The position numbers and the translations under genes are program-made. From positions 182,716,001 through 182,780,000 of the forward strand of contig NC_058368.1 in the NCBI RefSeq assembly GCF_018350175.1: DNA of 64,000 nt, written 5' to 3'. Position 1 is the stretch's first letter; every line of letters begins with the position of its first letter. This stretch comes from Felis catus (Eukaryota). The notes below the pieces were generated by a model. The model was not told where the DNA came from. It did not search any database and saw only the letters and a list, made by a program, of their open reading frames with translations. Of this stretch, positions 38,801-50,849 are shown one piece after another.

Positions 38801-39749
38801 TGACGTGGATTTGGCAGAACAAACTGTGGCCCTGAGAAGTTAAGGAACATGCCCACACTCACTTCATAAATTTGCAAACAGCAAATAAATAAAGGTGCTA
38901 ACAGCATCCTGAGGATGCTATTTGCAACTCTTACAGAATTGTCATAAGGATAGGATCGTATCTGTATTTAATATTTGTAAAGTGCTAAACCAGTGTTTGG
39001 CACATAGTTGGCTTTATCGAAGAATTTTCTATTTATTACTATTTCTACTGAAATCCAAAGGTTATGCTGTTAACCACCACATAAACTGCCTCCCATAGAC
39101 AAAGGATACAAAACAAATGTCTCACTTTATTTCTACTCAAGCATTCTCCAAGGAATCAAAATACAACTTCTAGGATTCTCTAGAGATAATAGACAATATA
39201 TATAAGCAAATTATATGAATGCTTTAGAGACTTGGAAGAAGATTGGAAGGGGACATAAATTGACCTCAAAATGGGCATACGGTAGTGAAAACATGCTTTG
39301 CTAAGTTAATAAACTAATATCAGTTGATCACTTTGAGAGATAGGACTTTTTAGAGGTGAAGAGAAGCCCAGGACACAGACAAGTTTATGGCTTTTGTAAA
39401 CATTTTCTCTCATTCACAAATATCAGGATATTTCTGATTGTACCCAGAGCTTCATTTGGAGATAATATCAAGAATGTATTTTATTTTTTAACATGTTGAT
39501 TGAGATGCAACACATATAAATTATAAAAAGCACACTAATCTTAAATGCATATAGTCAATGGATATGTACATATTTAGTTTCTCACTTTGATCAAGATATT
39601 GGCCACATTAAGCACACATTTACTATTCTAGTATATATAGCTTTACTTTCTAATCTTTTATCTTTTACAAATTGAAAAATTGCACTGGGAGTAGAAAAGA
39701 GCTCCTTTTCCTGAGTGCCATCATTGTTTTCTTTATTATCGTCATCATC

Positions 39750-40240
39750 TTCATAGTAGCTACCATTTATGGACTACCTACCACATACCAGGCTGTGCTC
39801 TATTTACCCTGTCATTTCATTTCATTGTAACCACAGTCTTATGCCAAAGGTATTGTTACCCCTTTACATAGATTAGGAGTTTGAGGCTAAGAAAGATTAA
39901 GTAAATTGCCTAAAGTTAAAAATATCTAGGGGCGCCTGGGTGGCGCAGTCGGTTAAGCGTCAGACTTCAGCCAGGTCACGATCTTGCGGTCGTGAGTTCG
40001 AGCCCCGCGTCGGGCTCTGGGCTGATGGCTCAGAGCCTGGAGCCTGTTTCTGATTCTGTGTCTCCCTCTCTCTCTGCCCCTCCCCCGTTCATGCTCTGTC
40101 TCTCTCTGTCCCAAAAATAAATAAACGCTGAAAAAAAAAAATAAAAATAAATAAAAATAAAAATATCTAAATATTTGTAAGTGTTGGAGCCAGAAAAAAT
40201 ACACATTTTATCTGGCCCCAAAATCTCTGGTTATAACTAT
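39750..40240 (-). mobile_element. MIR interrupted by a SINE
   Basis: 'ttacccctttacatagattaggagtttgaggctaagaaagattaagtaaattgcctaaagtt', continuing after the SINE. Confidence 0.75.
39929..40157 (+). mobile_element. Young full-length SINEC_Fc-type SINE
   Basis: CpG-rich; perfect 12-bp TSD taaaaatatcta at 39917-39928 and 40158-40169. Confidence 0.98.
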
Positions 40241-40308
40241 TATACTAAGTTATACTATACTATACTATACTATACTATACTAAACTATACTATGTTATAC
40301 TATACTAT
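40240..40308. repeat. (TATAC)n pentanucleotide microsatellite
   Basis: Direct reading. Confidence 0.92.
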
Positions 40309-40936
40309 TAAGCTACATTGATTAGCAAAAAAAGAAAGGTAAAGTAAAATGAGAGAAGTTAGAAATAGGAGAAGTTTGGCAATTGAAGGAAGAGGTAGCA
40401 TGTATAGAAGAGAAGGCGTGAAGGTCTTTACAGGGAAGCATTAGAAGAGAGAAAACACAGAGTATTCTCAATCCTTAGACAATCCAACATGAAGTAGCTA
40501 AAAAGCATTTAAGAAAAGCCAGTAGCATATCTTAGGGGACTGTTTCATTTTGGGGACCATGAAGCAATCAGGGATGTGGGAAAGTACATATAGATACCGT
40601 TTGGAAAAATTCCTTTTAGACTAGTATTATTTGCCAGTAAAGCAAACTTTCAAGTTTTCAAGTATCTTGTGGAAACTTGGAGGAAGATAAATTTTAGAAG
40701 AAGCAGAGATTTAAATGGACATATTTCTCATCATTTATATTTAAAATATAATAGAATTGATACTTTGTTTAATGTATTACATAATTTTATTTTCATTAAA
40801 TGGAAATAAGGGATTTTTCAATCCCATTTTTCTTGATTTTTTTTTAACTCTTCAGTGATGAATGATAGCCTCTTCTCACAGGGTTTTTTGGATCTCTACT
40901 CCATTTCTCAAAGTATATTTATAAGAAATATGGACA

Positions 40937-42800
40937 GCTTTGTAGTAGAGGCTAAAGTCTGGGATTGTGATGCCTCCCGCTTTGGTTTTCTTCTTCAATA
41001 TTACTTTGGCTATTTGGGGTCTTTTCTGGTTCCATACAAATTTTAGGATTGCTTGTCCTAGCTTTGAGAAGAATGCTCATGCAATTTTGATTGGAATTGC
41101 ATTGAATGTGCAGACTGCTTTGGGTAGTACTGACATTTTAACATTTATTCTTCCAATCCATGAGCACGGAATGTTTTTCCATTTCTTTGTATCTTCTTCA
41201 ATTTCCTTCATAAGCTTTCTATAGTTTTCAGCAGACAGATCTTTTACATTTTGGTTAGGTTTATTCCTAGGTGTTTTATGATTCTAGGTGCAATTGTGAA
41301 TGGGATCAGTTTCTTTGTTTGTCTGTCTGTTGCCTCATTATTGGTGTATAAAAATGCTACAAAGCTGTAATCATCCAGACAGTATGGCATTGGCACAAAA
41401 AAACAGACACATAGACCAATGGAATAGAATAGAGACTCCAGAATTGGACCCACAAAAGTATGGCCAACTAATCTTTGACAAAGCAGGAAAGAATATCCAA
41501 TGGAAAAAAGACAATCTCTTTAACAAATGGTGCTGAGAGAACTGGACAGCAACATGCAGAAGAATGAAACTAGACCACTTTCTTACACCATTCACAAAAA
41601 GAAACTCAAAATGGATGAAGGACCTGAATGTGACACAGGAAACCATCAAAACCCTAGAGGAGAAAGCAGGAAAAACCTCTCTGACCTCAGCCGCAGCAAT
41701 TTCTTACTTGACACATCCCCAAAGGCAAGGGAATTAGAAGCAAAAATGAACCACTGGGACCTCATCAAGATAAAAACTTCTGCACTGCAAAGGAAACAAT
41801 TAACAAAACTAAAAGGCACCGACGAAATGGGAAAAGATATCTGCAAATGACATATCAGACAAAGGTCTAGTACCCAAAATCTATAAAGAGCTCACCAAAC
41901 TCCACACCCGAAAAACAAATAATCCAGTGAAGAAATGGGTAGAAAACATGAATAGACACTTCTCTAAAGAAGACATCCAGATGGCTAACAGGCACATGAA
42001 AAGATGCTCAACGTCACTCTTCAACAGGGAAATACAAATCAAAACCACAGTCAGATACCACTTCACACCAGTCAGAGTGGCTAAAATGAACATCAGGAGG
42101 CTATAGATGCTGGTGAGGATGTGGAAAAATGGGAACCCTCTTGCACTGTTGGTCGGAATGCAAACTGGTACAGCTTCTCAGGAAAACAGTGTGGAGGATC
42201 CTCAAAAAAGTAAAAATAGATCTACCCTATGACCCAGCAATAACATTGCTAGGAATTTACCCAAGGGATACAGGAGTGCTGACGCATAGGGGCACTTGTA
42301 CCCCAATGTTTATGGCAGCACTTTCAACAATAGGAAAATTATGCAAGAGCATAAATAAATGTCCATCAACTGATGAATGGATAAAGAAGATGTGGTTTAT
42401 ATATACAATGGAATACTAGTTGGCAATGAGAAAGAATGAAATCTGGCCATTTGTAGCAATGTGGATGGAACTGGAGAGTGTTAGGCTAAGTGAAATAAGT
42501 CAGGCAGAGAAAGATACCATATGTTTACACTCATATGTGGATCCTGAGAAACTCAACAGAAGACTGGGGGGGAGGCGAAGGGTGGAAAAAGGTTTACAGA
42601 GAAGGAAGGAAGGAAACCATAAGAGACTCTTAAATACTGAGAACAAATTGAAGGTTGATGGGGGGTAGGGGAGAGGAGAAAGTGGGTGATGGGCATTGAG
42701 GAGGACACCTGTTGGGATGAGCACTGGGTGTTGTATGGAAACCAATTTGACAATAAATTATATTTTAAAAAATAATAAAAATGTGATGTGATTATAAAAA
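40937..42800 (+). mobile_element. Felid/carnivore L1, 5'-truncated with 5' inversion
   Basis: 40937-41357 inverted ORF2 piece; 41357-about 42780 sense ORF2 end and 3' UTR ([28 protein letters not shown]); TSD aag(a/g)aatatggaca at 40923-40936 and 42801-42814. Confidence 0.96.
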
Positions 42801-44095
42801 AAGGAATATGGACAAAGTAAAAATGGCCTTTTTTGACCCACGGTATTATTAAAGCATAGATATTTTAACTTATATGTCTTATAAATTGATGGCTTACATA
42901 TTTTATAAACATGTATTTGTATACTCTGTTCCTTCTGTTTGGAAAATTCTTTCTTCAAATAAGTTCTTGGCCATGTAATTTCTGCTAACTCCATCATATT
43001 TGAATATAAATTCAATCTACCATTCTGTAATTATGATTTTGTATAATTTTTACAATTTAAAATTATTGTGCATTTAATTAATAACAGTTTGATGGTTCTT
43101 GAATCATCTACCTGATGTTCTTATGAAAAATCGTGAATCCCACTCTATAATGTTCAGCAACCCTTAGTGATGAAAAATGGAAACTGACTTCACAGCAGAA
43201 TGTAAGAGGTATTTACTTAAAACAGACACGATGAGCAACATTATATAAATGTAGGTATTCAAATTTTCCTCCAATCTATCACCAATGGAGATCCAAATGC
43301 ATATCATGTCTGATAAATATCATTAGACTGACATTGGTATTTTACTGTCATTGCACAGGGGTAAAGTTTGGTGGCAGAAATCAGATGTTGGGTGTAGGAA
43401 CATATTATGTCAGTTGTTGACAGTCTGAATCAAGGGGCAGCAAGAAAGTGACAAACAGAAATGAGCATAGAAGAAAACTGAAATGAGAATTTCTATGAAA
43501 CTAAATTGATTTGGGGCCCTTGTAATTAAGAATAGACGTTTTATTGGCAAAGCCTCTTACGTTAACTTCTTTTGAGCTTTTCAAACTCTTCTTGAGAGAA
43601 TAGACATAAACACATCTGTGTGTGAATGTATGTCATCACATGCAAGGGCTGGGGGAGACTCTGAGAAATGAGAAAAGGAAGTTTTCTAAATGAGCATAGC
43701 TAATATCCTTTACCCTGCAACATCATGTAATTTTCTACTTTACTTGAGTTTATATACACATTTATTTCGAAGGTGAAAAACATTCCTAAATGATTACTTT
43801 TTTCATAATTACACATGGATGATCTCCCTAAAATTTACCAGAAAAGGGTGAAATGGACACGCAATTCTTGGCACCAATATTAACTGTTTAGAAATCCTGT
43901 ACTAACCAATACCTAGCAACAGACTGCATACAAAAATTATTACTCTTTACTGAAATATGAAAAAGCAGGTGGATGGTTTCTAGAAAGGAAAGATGATCTT
44001 TCTAGGAGTATATAAAGGAGATCAAGGAAGCAATTTAAACTTGTTAGTAAATATAATTAATATCTAATGCTATAACTATTTAATAATATTTATTT

Positions 44096-44621
44096 TGTGG
44101 TAGGTAACTTCTGATATGGTCTGCAATAATCTTATTTCCTGGTACTCAGGTCTTGGGAAATCCCTTTTCTTGCCTGTGACCTGGGTCTACCAACTTGTTT
44201 CTAATGAATAGACTATGACAAAGTAATGGGACAAGACTTCCTGGATTAGATTACAAAAAGTATGACTCTTGTTTCCCTTTCTTCCCCATCCCCATCTGGG
44301 CCTCTTTTCACGTGCTTGCTTTGAAGAGAAAGAAACTGCTGAAGGCCCTGTGGCAAGGAAGTGAGTATGGCATCTAGAAGAAATATGACCCCCAGCTCAA
44401 ATATGACTGAGACACTGTACCCTGTCAACAACCTTGTGAAGGCGATGTGAATATTCTTCCTCATCTTGAGACTTCAGATGAGAATGTACCTTTGGCTGAT
44501 ACCTTAACTGCTGCCTTGTGATAGACTCTAGAGCAGAGGATTCATCTCTGCCAGACCCACAAATACTCAGGTAGTAAATCTGTTGTTTTAGGCCACTAAG
44601 TTTTATGCAGCAATAGATACA
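44096..44621 (+). mobile_element. MaLR solo LTR (MLT1 family)
   Basis: Starts tgtggtagg; ends 'tgttgttttaggccactaagttttatgcagcaatagataca'. Confidence 0.9.
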
Positions 44622-44839
44622 GGTTTCGATGAGAAATAATTTTTAAGCAATGCTCCCAGAAAACTTGCTAACAGTCTCAGCAAAAAGTTCACCCACCTCT
44701 GTTTTCTGATTTACATACTAAAGATTAACAAATCAGAGCTGGGGAGAGGCCTAAGTATTTTTTCTGTGCTACCAGGGAGAACAATCTAAAACAATTATCT
44801 GATTTGTTATGTTTTTACAAAACATAAAACCTATCTTTC

Positions 44840-45915
44840 CCTAACTAGACTCTCTCCATAATTTCATTTAGTCATACGGCTTTAAATACCATCTATATGC
44901 AAACAACTTCCAAATTTTTATTTTCAACTAGACTTAATTCCAAAAGTCAAAATATGTATCTTACTACTGACTTGACGTTCCACTTGAATGCCTGATAGCA
45001 CATCTCAATCACTAATCCCAAACTGAATTGGTCTCGTCCTCACTCTTAACATGCTACACTTAGTCTTCATAGTTTAATTATTGGCAATTCCTTTCTTCCA
45101 GTTGCTCAGAGCCAAAATCTTAGTCATTCTTGACACCTCTCTTTAATATACTACCTCCAGTTCACCAGGAAATCCTAGATGTATCATCAAAATATATTTG
45201 GAATCCACCAGTTTCACTGCACATTTCCAAGCTACCATAATCTTCCACCTAATTGGCAACAGGCTCTTCATTGGTTTGACTGCGTATGCTACCCCCCATC
45301 CCCTGTCAGCTCTCAATAAAGTCAATAGGGTAATATTTTAATACCACTCAGATCATCACCCTCCCCTACTCAAACCATGCAGTCACTCCTCTTTTCATTC
45401 AGAGCAAGAGGTAAATTGCCTTCAATGGCCTATAAGGTCTATATGATCTTGATCCTGTTATCCCTTTGATATCATGTACTGATTTTCTCTCTTCTGTACT
45501 TAGTCTTCTCCACAAGACTAACTTCCTCACTCTTCCATTAATATATTAGTCATGTCAGTTGCTCAGTACAACTCCTTCAAGTCTTTACTCAGACGTCATC
45601 TTCCCAATGAGACCTACTCTACCCACCCTCTTTGGAAATATAACCTCCTAGCACTTCCTGACATCCTCATGCTATATTTTTCTTTATTCTGAAGCATTTG
45701 TCACCACCTAACATACTACATATTTTATTTATGTATTTTGTTTCTTGCTTATTGTCTGGACTTCTTTATTATAAGCCACAAGTACAGTGATCTTTATTTA
45801 GATCAATGATGCATGTTTTATTCACTTTTTAAAATAGCGCCTCGTATGTGAAAACAAACAAAAAACAACCCTCAGTAAACATTACTTGAGTGAATGAATG
45901 GATGAGTGAATGAAT
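44840..45915 (+). mobile_element. LINE-2 3' portion
   Basis: 'tttaaataccatctatatgc...cttccagttgctcagagccaaaatctt' and terminal (TGAA)n tail. Confidence 0.92.
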
Positions 45916-46311
45916 CCCAAAGTAATGTATCCTTAACATGACTCATTGACCTCTAAACTTTCTCTCTCTCAGGGTCAATTCTCTAATGACTTTTCTTCCT
46001 TGTCTGGGACTTTTACACCTGCTGCTCTCTCTGCCTTTCACACTCTTTGTTCATCCCTATATTTCTGTAAAATAAGTCTTCTCATTTAACCACGCCTTGA
46101 GAGAGCACAGACACTGAACTCCTTTAGTTTTTTCTTACTATCCTTTCAAGGGTCATGCCCCCCACCAAAGCTAGGCTTGATGCCCACCTGTAAATTCTTG
46201 AAAATTTTTCATTTACCCTTACTACTTATTCAATTCTGACTGTTCCAGGGACTCTGTAAATGTTATATGTGTTTATTTTATTCAGTCATCATAAAATTTA
46301 TGTTGAAGATA

Positions 46312-46700
46312 TGTAGAGGAAATGTCTAGTGCTTCTTCAGATCATCTTGTACCTTTTTCACAGTTTATGTACACCCCTTTTCACCACTTCAAATGTTGAA
46401 TTGCCTACAACAACCTTCACCTGTGACTTTTCTATTGCAGTCAGCCTTCAAGCTTTTGGAACCACTTTGCGTTCAGGGCATAGAGTTAGAACTTCTTGGA
46501 AACCTCTTTCCTTTGGGCAAGCTGTTAGTTAATGACTGTGGCCTAGAGGATTAGAAGAACCTAGCTCCCTTTATTCAGATAGAGACAACTCTTAGGTTTA
46601 ATATGTATCCCAGATTTCCCTGAAGGGGGTGGCTTTCAGGCTGAAAGAACCCTCTGCTGGACTTTGTTTGAAATTTCATTCTGGCTGACTTACTCTTCTG
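46312..46700 (+). mobile_element. ERVL LTR (LTR16-like)
   Basis: 'tgtagaggaaatgtctagtgc...agacaactcttagg...cccagatttccctgaaggg' resembles LTR16. Confidence 0.6.
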
Positions 46701-47139
46701 TGTACCACCCATGGCTAGCATTCTACCAAGTATGGAGTAAACACCCAACAAATATGTGTTGAATTAATATGTTTTAATTGTACTAGCAGAGCAGGCTTTT
46801 ACTCTAGAAATTGGCTTTTCTGGTTTAAAATATTTTAATAAAGCATTAGTAATAATCAAGAGTAAAAAATACCAAGGATGACTTTAAGAAATTAATATCC
46901 TTGACCAATTTCAAACATTTCATAGAATTGACCTATAAAAGAAACCATTCCTTAAAAAATGCAAGGCATGAAACAGTTTATTTTGCAAATAAAGAATAAA
47001 ATCTCCCTACTAAAAATCCTCCTTATTTTTCCCTTCAGAGTTTTTCAGTGAAATTGAACAATCTCTTTAAGAAGTGAAATCATATAGGGAAAAAAATCGT
47101 TCTGAGACGATTTCTCTTTAGTGTCTTCTGTGTGATAAC

Positions 47140-47290
47140 GTGGCAATTATAAAGCTAAGTGCATTACAGATACTGTCTCATTAAATCCCGATAAATATCC
47201 TCCTTATAGAAGTACTACTTACAGCTTCATTTTGCAGATAGGAAAGCAAAAGTACAAGGGGAGGAAATAACCTGGCCAAGTCACACAAAT
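47140..47290 (-). mobile_element. MIR
   Basis: 'cattttgcagataggaaagc...aaataacctggccaagtcacaca'. Confidence 0.7.
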
Positions 47291-47631
47291 AATTGTGCAG
47301 GCAAAGCTAGAAGTAAAATGGAGTACTAAGATAGAAGTAAACTGTAAGCAGCACTTCAAGGCTGCTCCTCCCATTCTCCATTCATAGTTGATAATCTGTT
47401 TTCAATCACTTGTCTGGTTCTCTCTTTCTCTCTCTCTTTCCCCCTCCCATTCTTTTTCTCTTTCTTAATACTTCCTTCTATCAAAGTATCAGAGACCAGC
47501 AAAGCAGACAGAATAAAATTAAAGGAACTATTTCCCCCTAAGAGAAAATCACTTTTATGTATGGCATTAAAAAAGAATACAATTACTTAAGACTTAATAT
47601 GCACAGTTAATGTAGTTAAGTGATCTATTAT

Positions 47632-47859
47632 TTTTAATTTTTTTAATGTTTATTTGTTTTTGAGAGAGAGAGAGTAAGTGGGGGAGGGGCAGAGAGAGAG
47701 AGAAAGACGGACAGACAGACAGACAGACAGAATCCGAAGCAGGGTCCAGGATCCTAGCTGTCAGCACAGAGCCTGATATGGGGCTTGAATTCAGGAGCCG
47801 TGAGATCATGACCTGAGCCAAAGTCAAAAGCTTAACCGACTGAGCCACCCAGGTGTCCC
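47632..47859 (-). mobile_element. Can-SINE
   Basis: TSD aagtgatctattat (47618-47631) / aaatgatctattat (47860-47873). Confidence 0.97.
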
Positions 47860-50300
47860 AAATGATCTATTATCTTTATGGCAGGGAAAGGTTTTATTTG
47901 ATGTGTACCACTTATTTGGTTAATATCAGTGATATATGCACAATAGTCAACTCTTTTGTATAATTACTTTAAATCATGCAATCAACTCTAAGAATAATGT
48001 TCATAACAGACACTGCCTCATTTTAAGAGAATCTTATTTTACTTTCATTTAATGCAAACTTTCAAAATGCAAACTTTCTGTAGCCCACAAAATCACTACA
48101 AGGAATCGAGGAATGTTCTTTATATAGATATGACTTTTCAAAAAATACACAAAATGTTTTAATTTCAAATGAAATATATCCATCTTCAAGACAGGTTGAT
48201 CACCTATGATTCCTGTTTGAAAACAGTTCTAATAGGGTAAGTAAAAAATGCTTTGGCTAAAAACCTTTCAAAGTAATGCTATTGTCCTAGACAACAATTA
48301 TTTCTGGTATCAGGTGCAATTTATTCCTAAATAGTTCATTTAACGGCAATTGCTTTAATATTTGCCCAAAGATAATGTTAAAATATTAATAAACAAGTAA
48401 CCTATTCTTTGACAGTGAATCACTTGTTCGAACTTCCAGTTCAATAACTTACAAAAAAACTTAAGATTTAATATAAATAAGGAAATGGAAGTAGATATGT
48501 CATGAAAGAAGAAATACCTAGACACATATTTTTCCAGTCAGCAGTGGCAAGTGGAGAAAGTTTTATTACATTTACATGTAACAAAAGTAAAGGTAATGCC
48601 TGTGAAAATTAAACAGAAAAAGTTGTCAAAAATGAGAATATCTTCAGTTTAAAATGTTCAACAGGCTTCAAGTTGTAGTCTTCTGTATTAATCATGGATT
48701 TAAAATTAGTTCTTTTTAATCAAAAAGGATGTGAAGCATGTTTTAGAACATTTCATTACAGAAATTATATATATATCATTATCTGAGAGGAACATATGTA
48801 AAACATTCAACTCCTCTGCATAACTTCTATAGATTTAGGCATTACTGAAGAGAGCATTAACAGTCTGTTAAACGTGCACAAACGTAAAACACAAGTCCCC
48901 TTCGTTTTGGCCCTTGTAATTACATAATTGATGATATGTTTCGCATAATTTATTCAACACAGTGGGTGAAATAACTTAACCTGCTGATTGAAATGTAACT
49001 ATTGCACCTACATCTGTAATTTATCAGTTCTGAGCAATTTAGGTAACCTTCTTCTCTGTGTTTAAATAGTAGTATGTATGTTTGAGCACTTCCCACAATG
49101 CTATATTTCCAAATAAAAGGCTGCAATTCTTTGAAAATAAACATAAACTATTTCTGACAAGAGAAGCAAAAGGAAGATTTTAAGACTCAGAGTTGTTATC
49201 CTTAGATACTTAAAAACAATTGCTTTGCTCTGATTCATTTTTAATATTGTTTAATATCTAGACCTCATTTGGCATTTATTTGCACATTTTTTTGTGTGCT
49301 TTAACACCAAGATGTTAATTTGTTACAGTGATTTACTTCTTTATATACATAATCTCTAGCATCCATACCCTTCTTATAATTTTCTTCTCCTGCATGATTC
49401 CAGTACACACCATCTTCCTGAAACTTTTGCAAGGGTTTGATCATTATTATTCTTGTCATAACATCCTACAACTTATGACTGACATTCAAACTGCTAATCA
49501 AGTAATTGTAACCTTATTGTTCCACTGCTGGGGATTTTTCTTAGTTTTCTGCTGCTTACGCATAATTTACAGTCTCTAGCAGTGCATTCATGGTTCTTAA
49601 TCTGCCCTAATCTTACCCACCTAATTGATTATTTTAATGTTTTATATACATGCAGTGAGTTGACAATATAATTTGTATAAGATTTAACATTAATGCTGCA
49701 ATATGTGAATACCTGAATAATTACCTGAATAAGTTGTGTTGTATTACACTTTTGAACCTGTGACAAAAATAGGCATTCTATATATACGTAAGTCTATTAT
49801 TTATAGGTTGTGAGCTTTAAGCACTCTATTTTAGATGCTTAATATCAATCAAGACACATTTTCTCAACAAAAAGTTTAAGGAAGCAATATATGCTTAAAT
49901 TATAGACACCTTATATAATGTATAATAAAAATGTGTACATGTACTAGCATGAGTAAAAATGGAATATAGTAAACACAAAATAAATGTTAGGTTTTGTGGT
50001 GAAGAAGATGATAATGAAGGTCAGAATGATGTGGATAGAAGTCAAAAAATAATGATAAAGAAATAATGTCAGAATAAGATTTAGCATAATGTCAGTGTTT
50101 GCAAACACACACAAACACGAACATATTATTTTGTAAAGTAAAATGTGAGTACAGATATAATTCTAGAACTATATAAACGAATATATTAATAGTTAATCTC
50201 AGGGAAGGTGTCAGTGTACCTCTATGTATATGTGTGTGTGTGGTTTCACTTATGTAGATATATATCTTAGTAGGACTTTGTTTTAATAGAGATTAATATT

Positions 50301-50525
50301 GGGGCACCTGGGCGGCTCAGTCGGTTGAGCGTCCTACTGCAGCTCAGGTCATGATCTCGCAGTTCATGGGTTTGAGCCCCAGGTTGCCTCTGGGCTGACA
50401 GCTCGGAGCCTGGAGCTCACATTCCGTGTCTCCCTCTCTTTCTCTCCCTCTCTGCCACTCACTCTTTCTCTCTCTCTCTCTCTCTCAAAAAAAAATAAAT
50501 AAATAAATAAACATTAATTTAAAAA
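50301..50525 (+). mobile_element. Can-SINE
   Basis: TSD core aatagagattaat at 50285-50297 and 50526-50538. Confidence 0.97.
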
Positions 50526-50577
50526 AATAGAGATTAATGCTTTTATAGATTTTACAAAGCATATTATCCTTAAAATT

Positions 50578-50790
50578 AAGAGGTTTAAACTTCCAGTTAT
50601 AAAATAAGTCATGGAGATAAAAAGTACAGCAAAAGGAATATAGTCAAGAATATTGTAATAATGTATGCTGACAGGTGACTACACTTATTGCAGTGAGCAC
50701 TGAATAATGTACAGAAATTTTAAATCACTATGTTGTACACCTGAAACTAATACAACATCGTATGCCAGCTATACTTCAGTAACTACGAAA
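50578..50790 (+). mobile_element. L1 3' UTR end fragment
   Basis: 'aaacttccagttataaaataagtcatggagat...aatcactatgttgtacacctgaaactaata'. Confidence 0.88.
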
Positions 50791-50849
50791 AATATGTCAA
50801 TTCTTTTTCAAAAGATAATAAAGGCACAATGGAGAGTTATAAGTAACAT

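Noticed and set aside
38903..38919. Palindrome agcatcct-g-aggatgct
   Set aside because: Only 8-bp arms and isolated; chance level.
41300..42419. ORF2-like peptides
   Set aside because: Fragments of a truncated L1 with stops and frameshifts; cannot encode a functional ORF2p.
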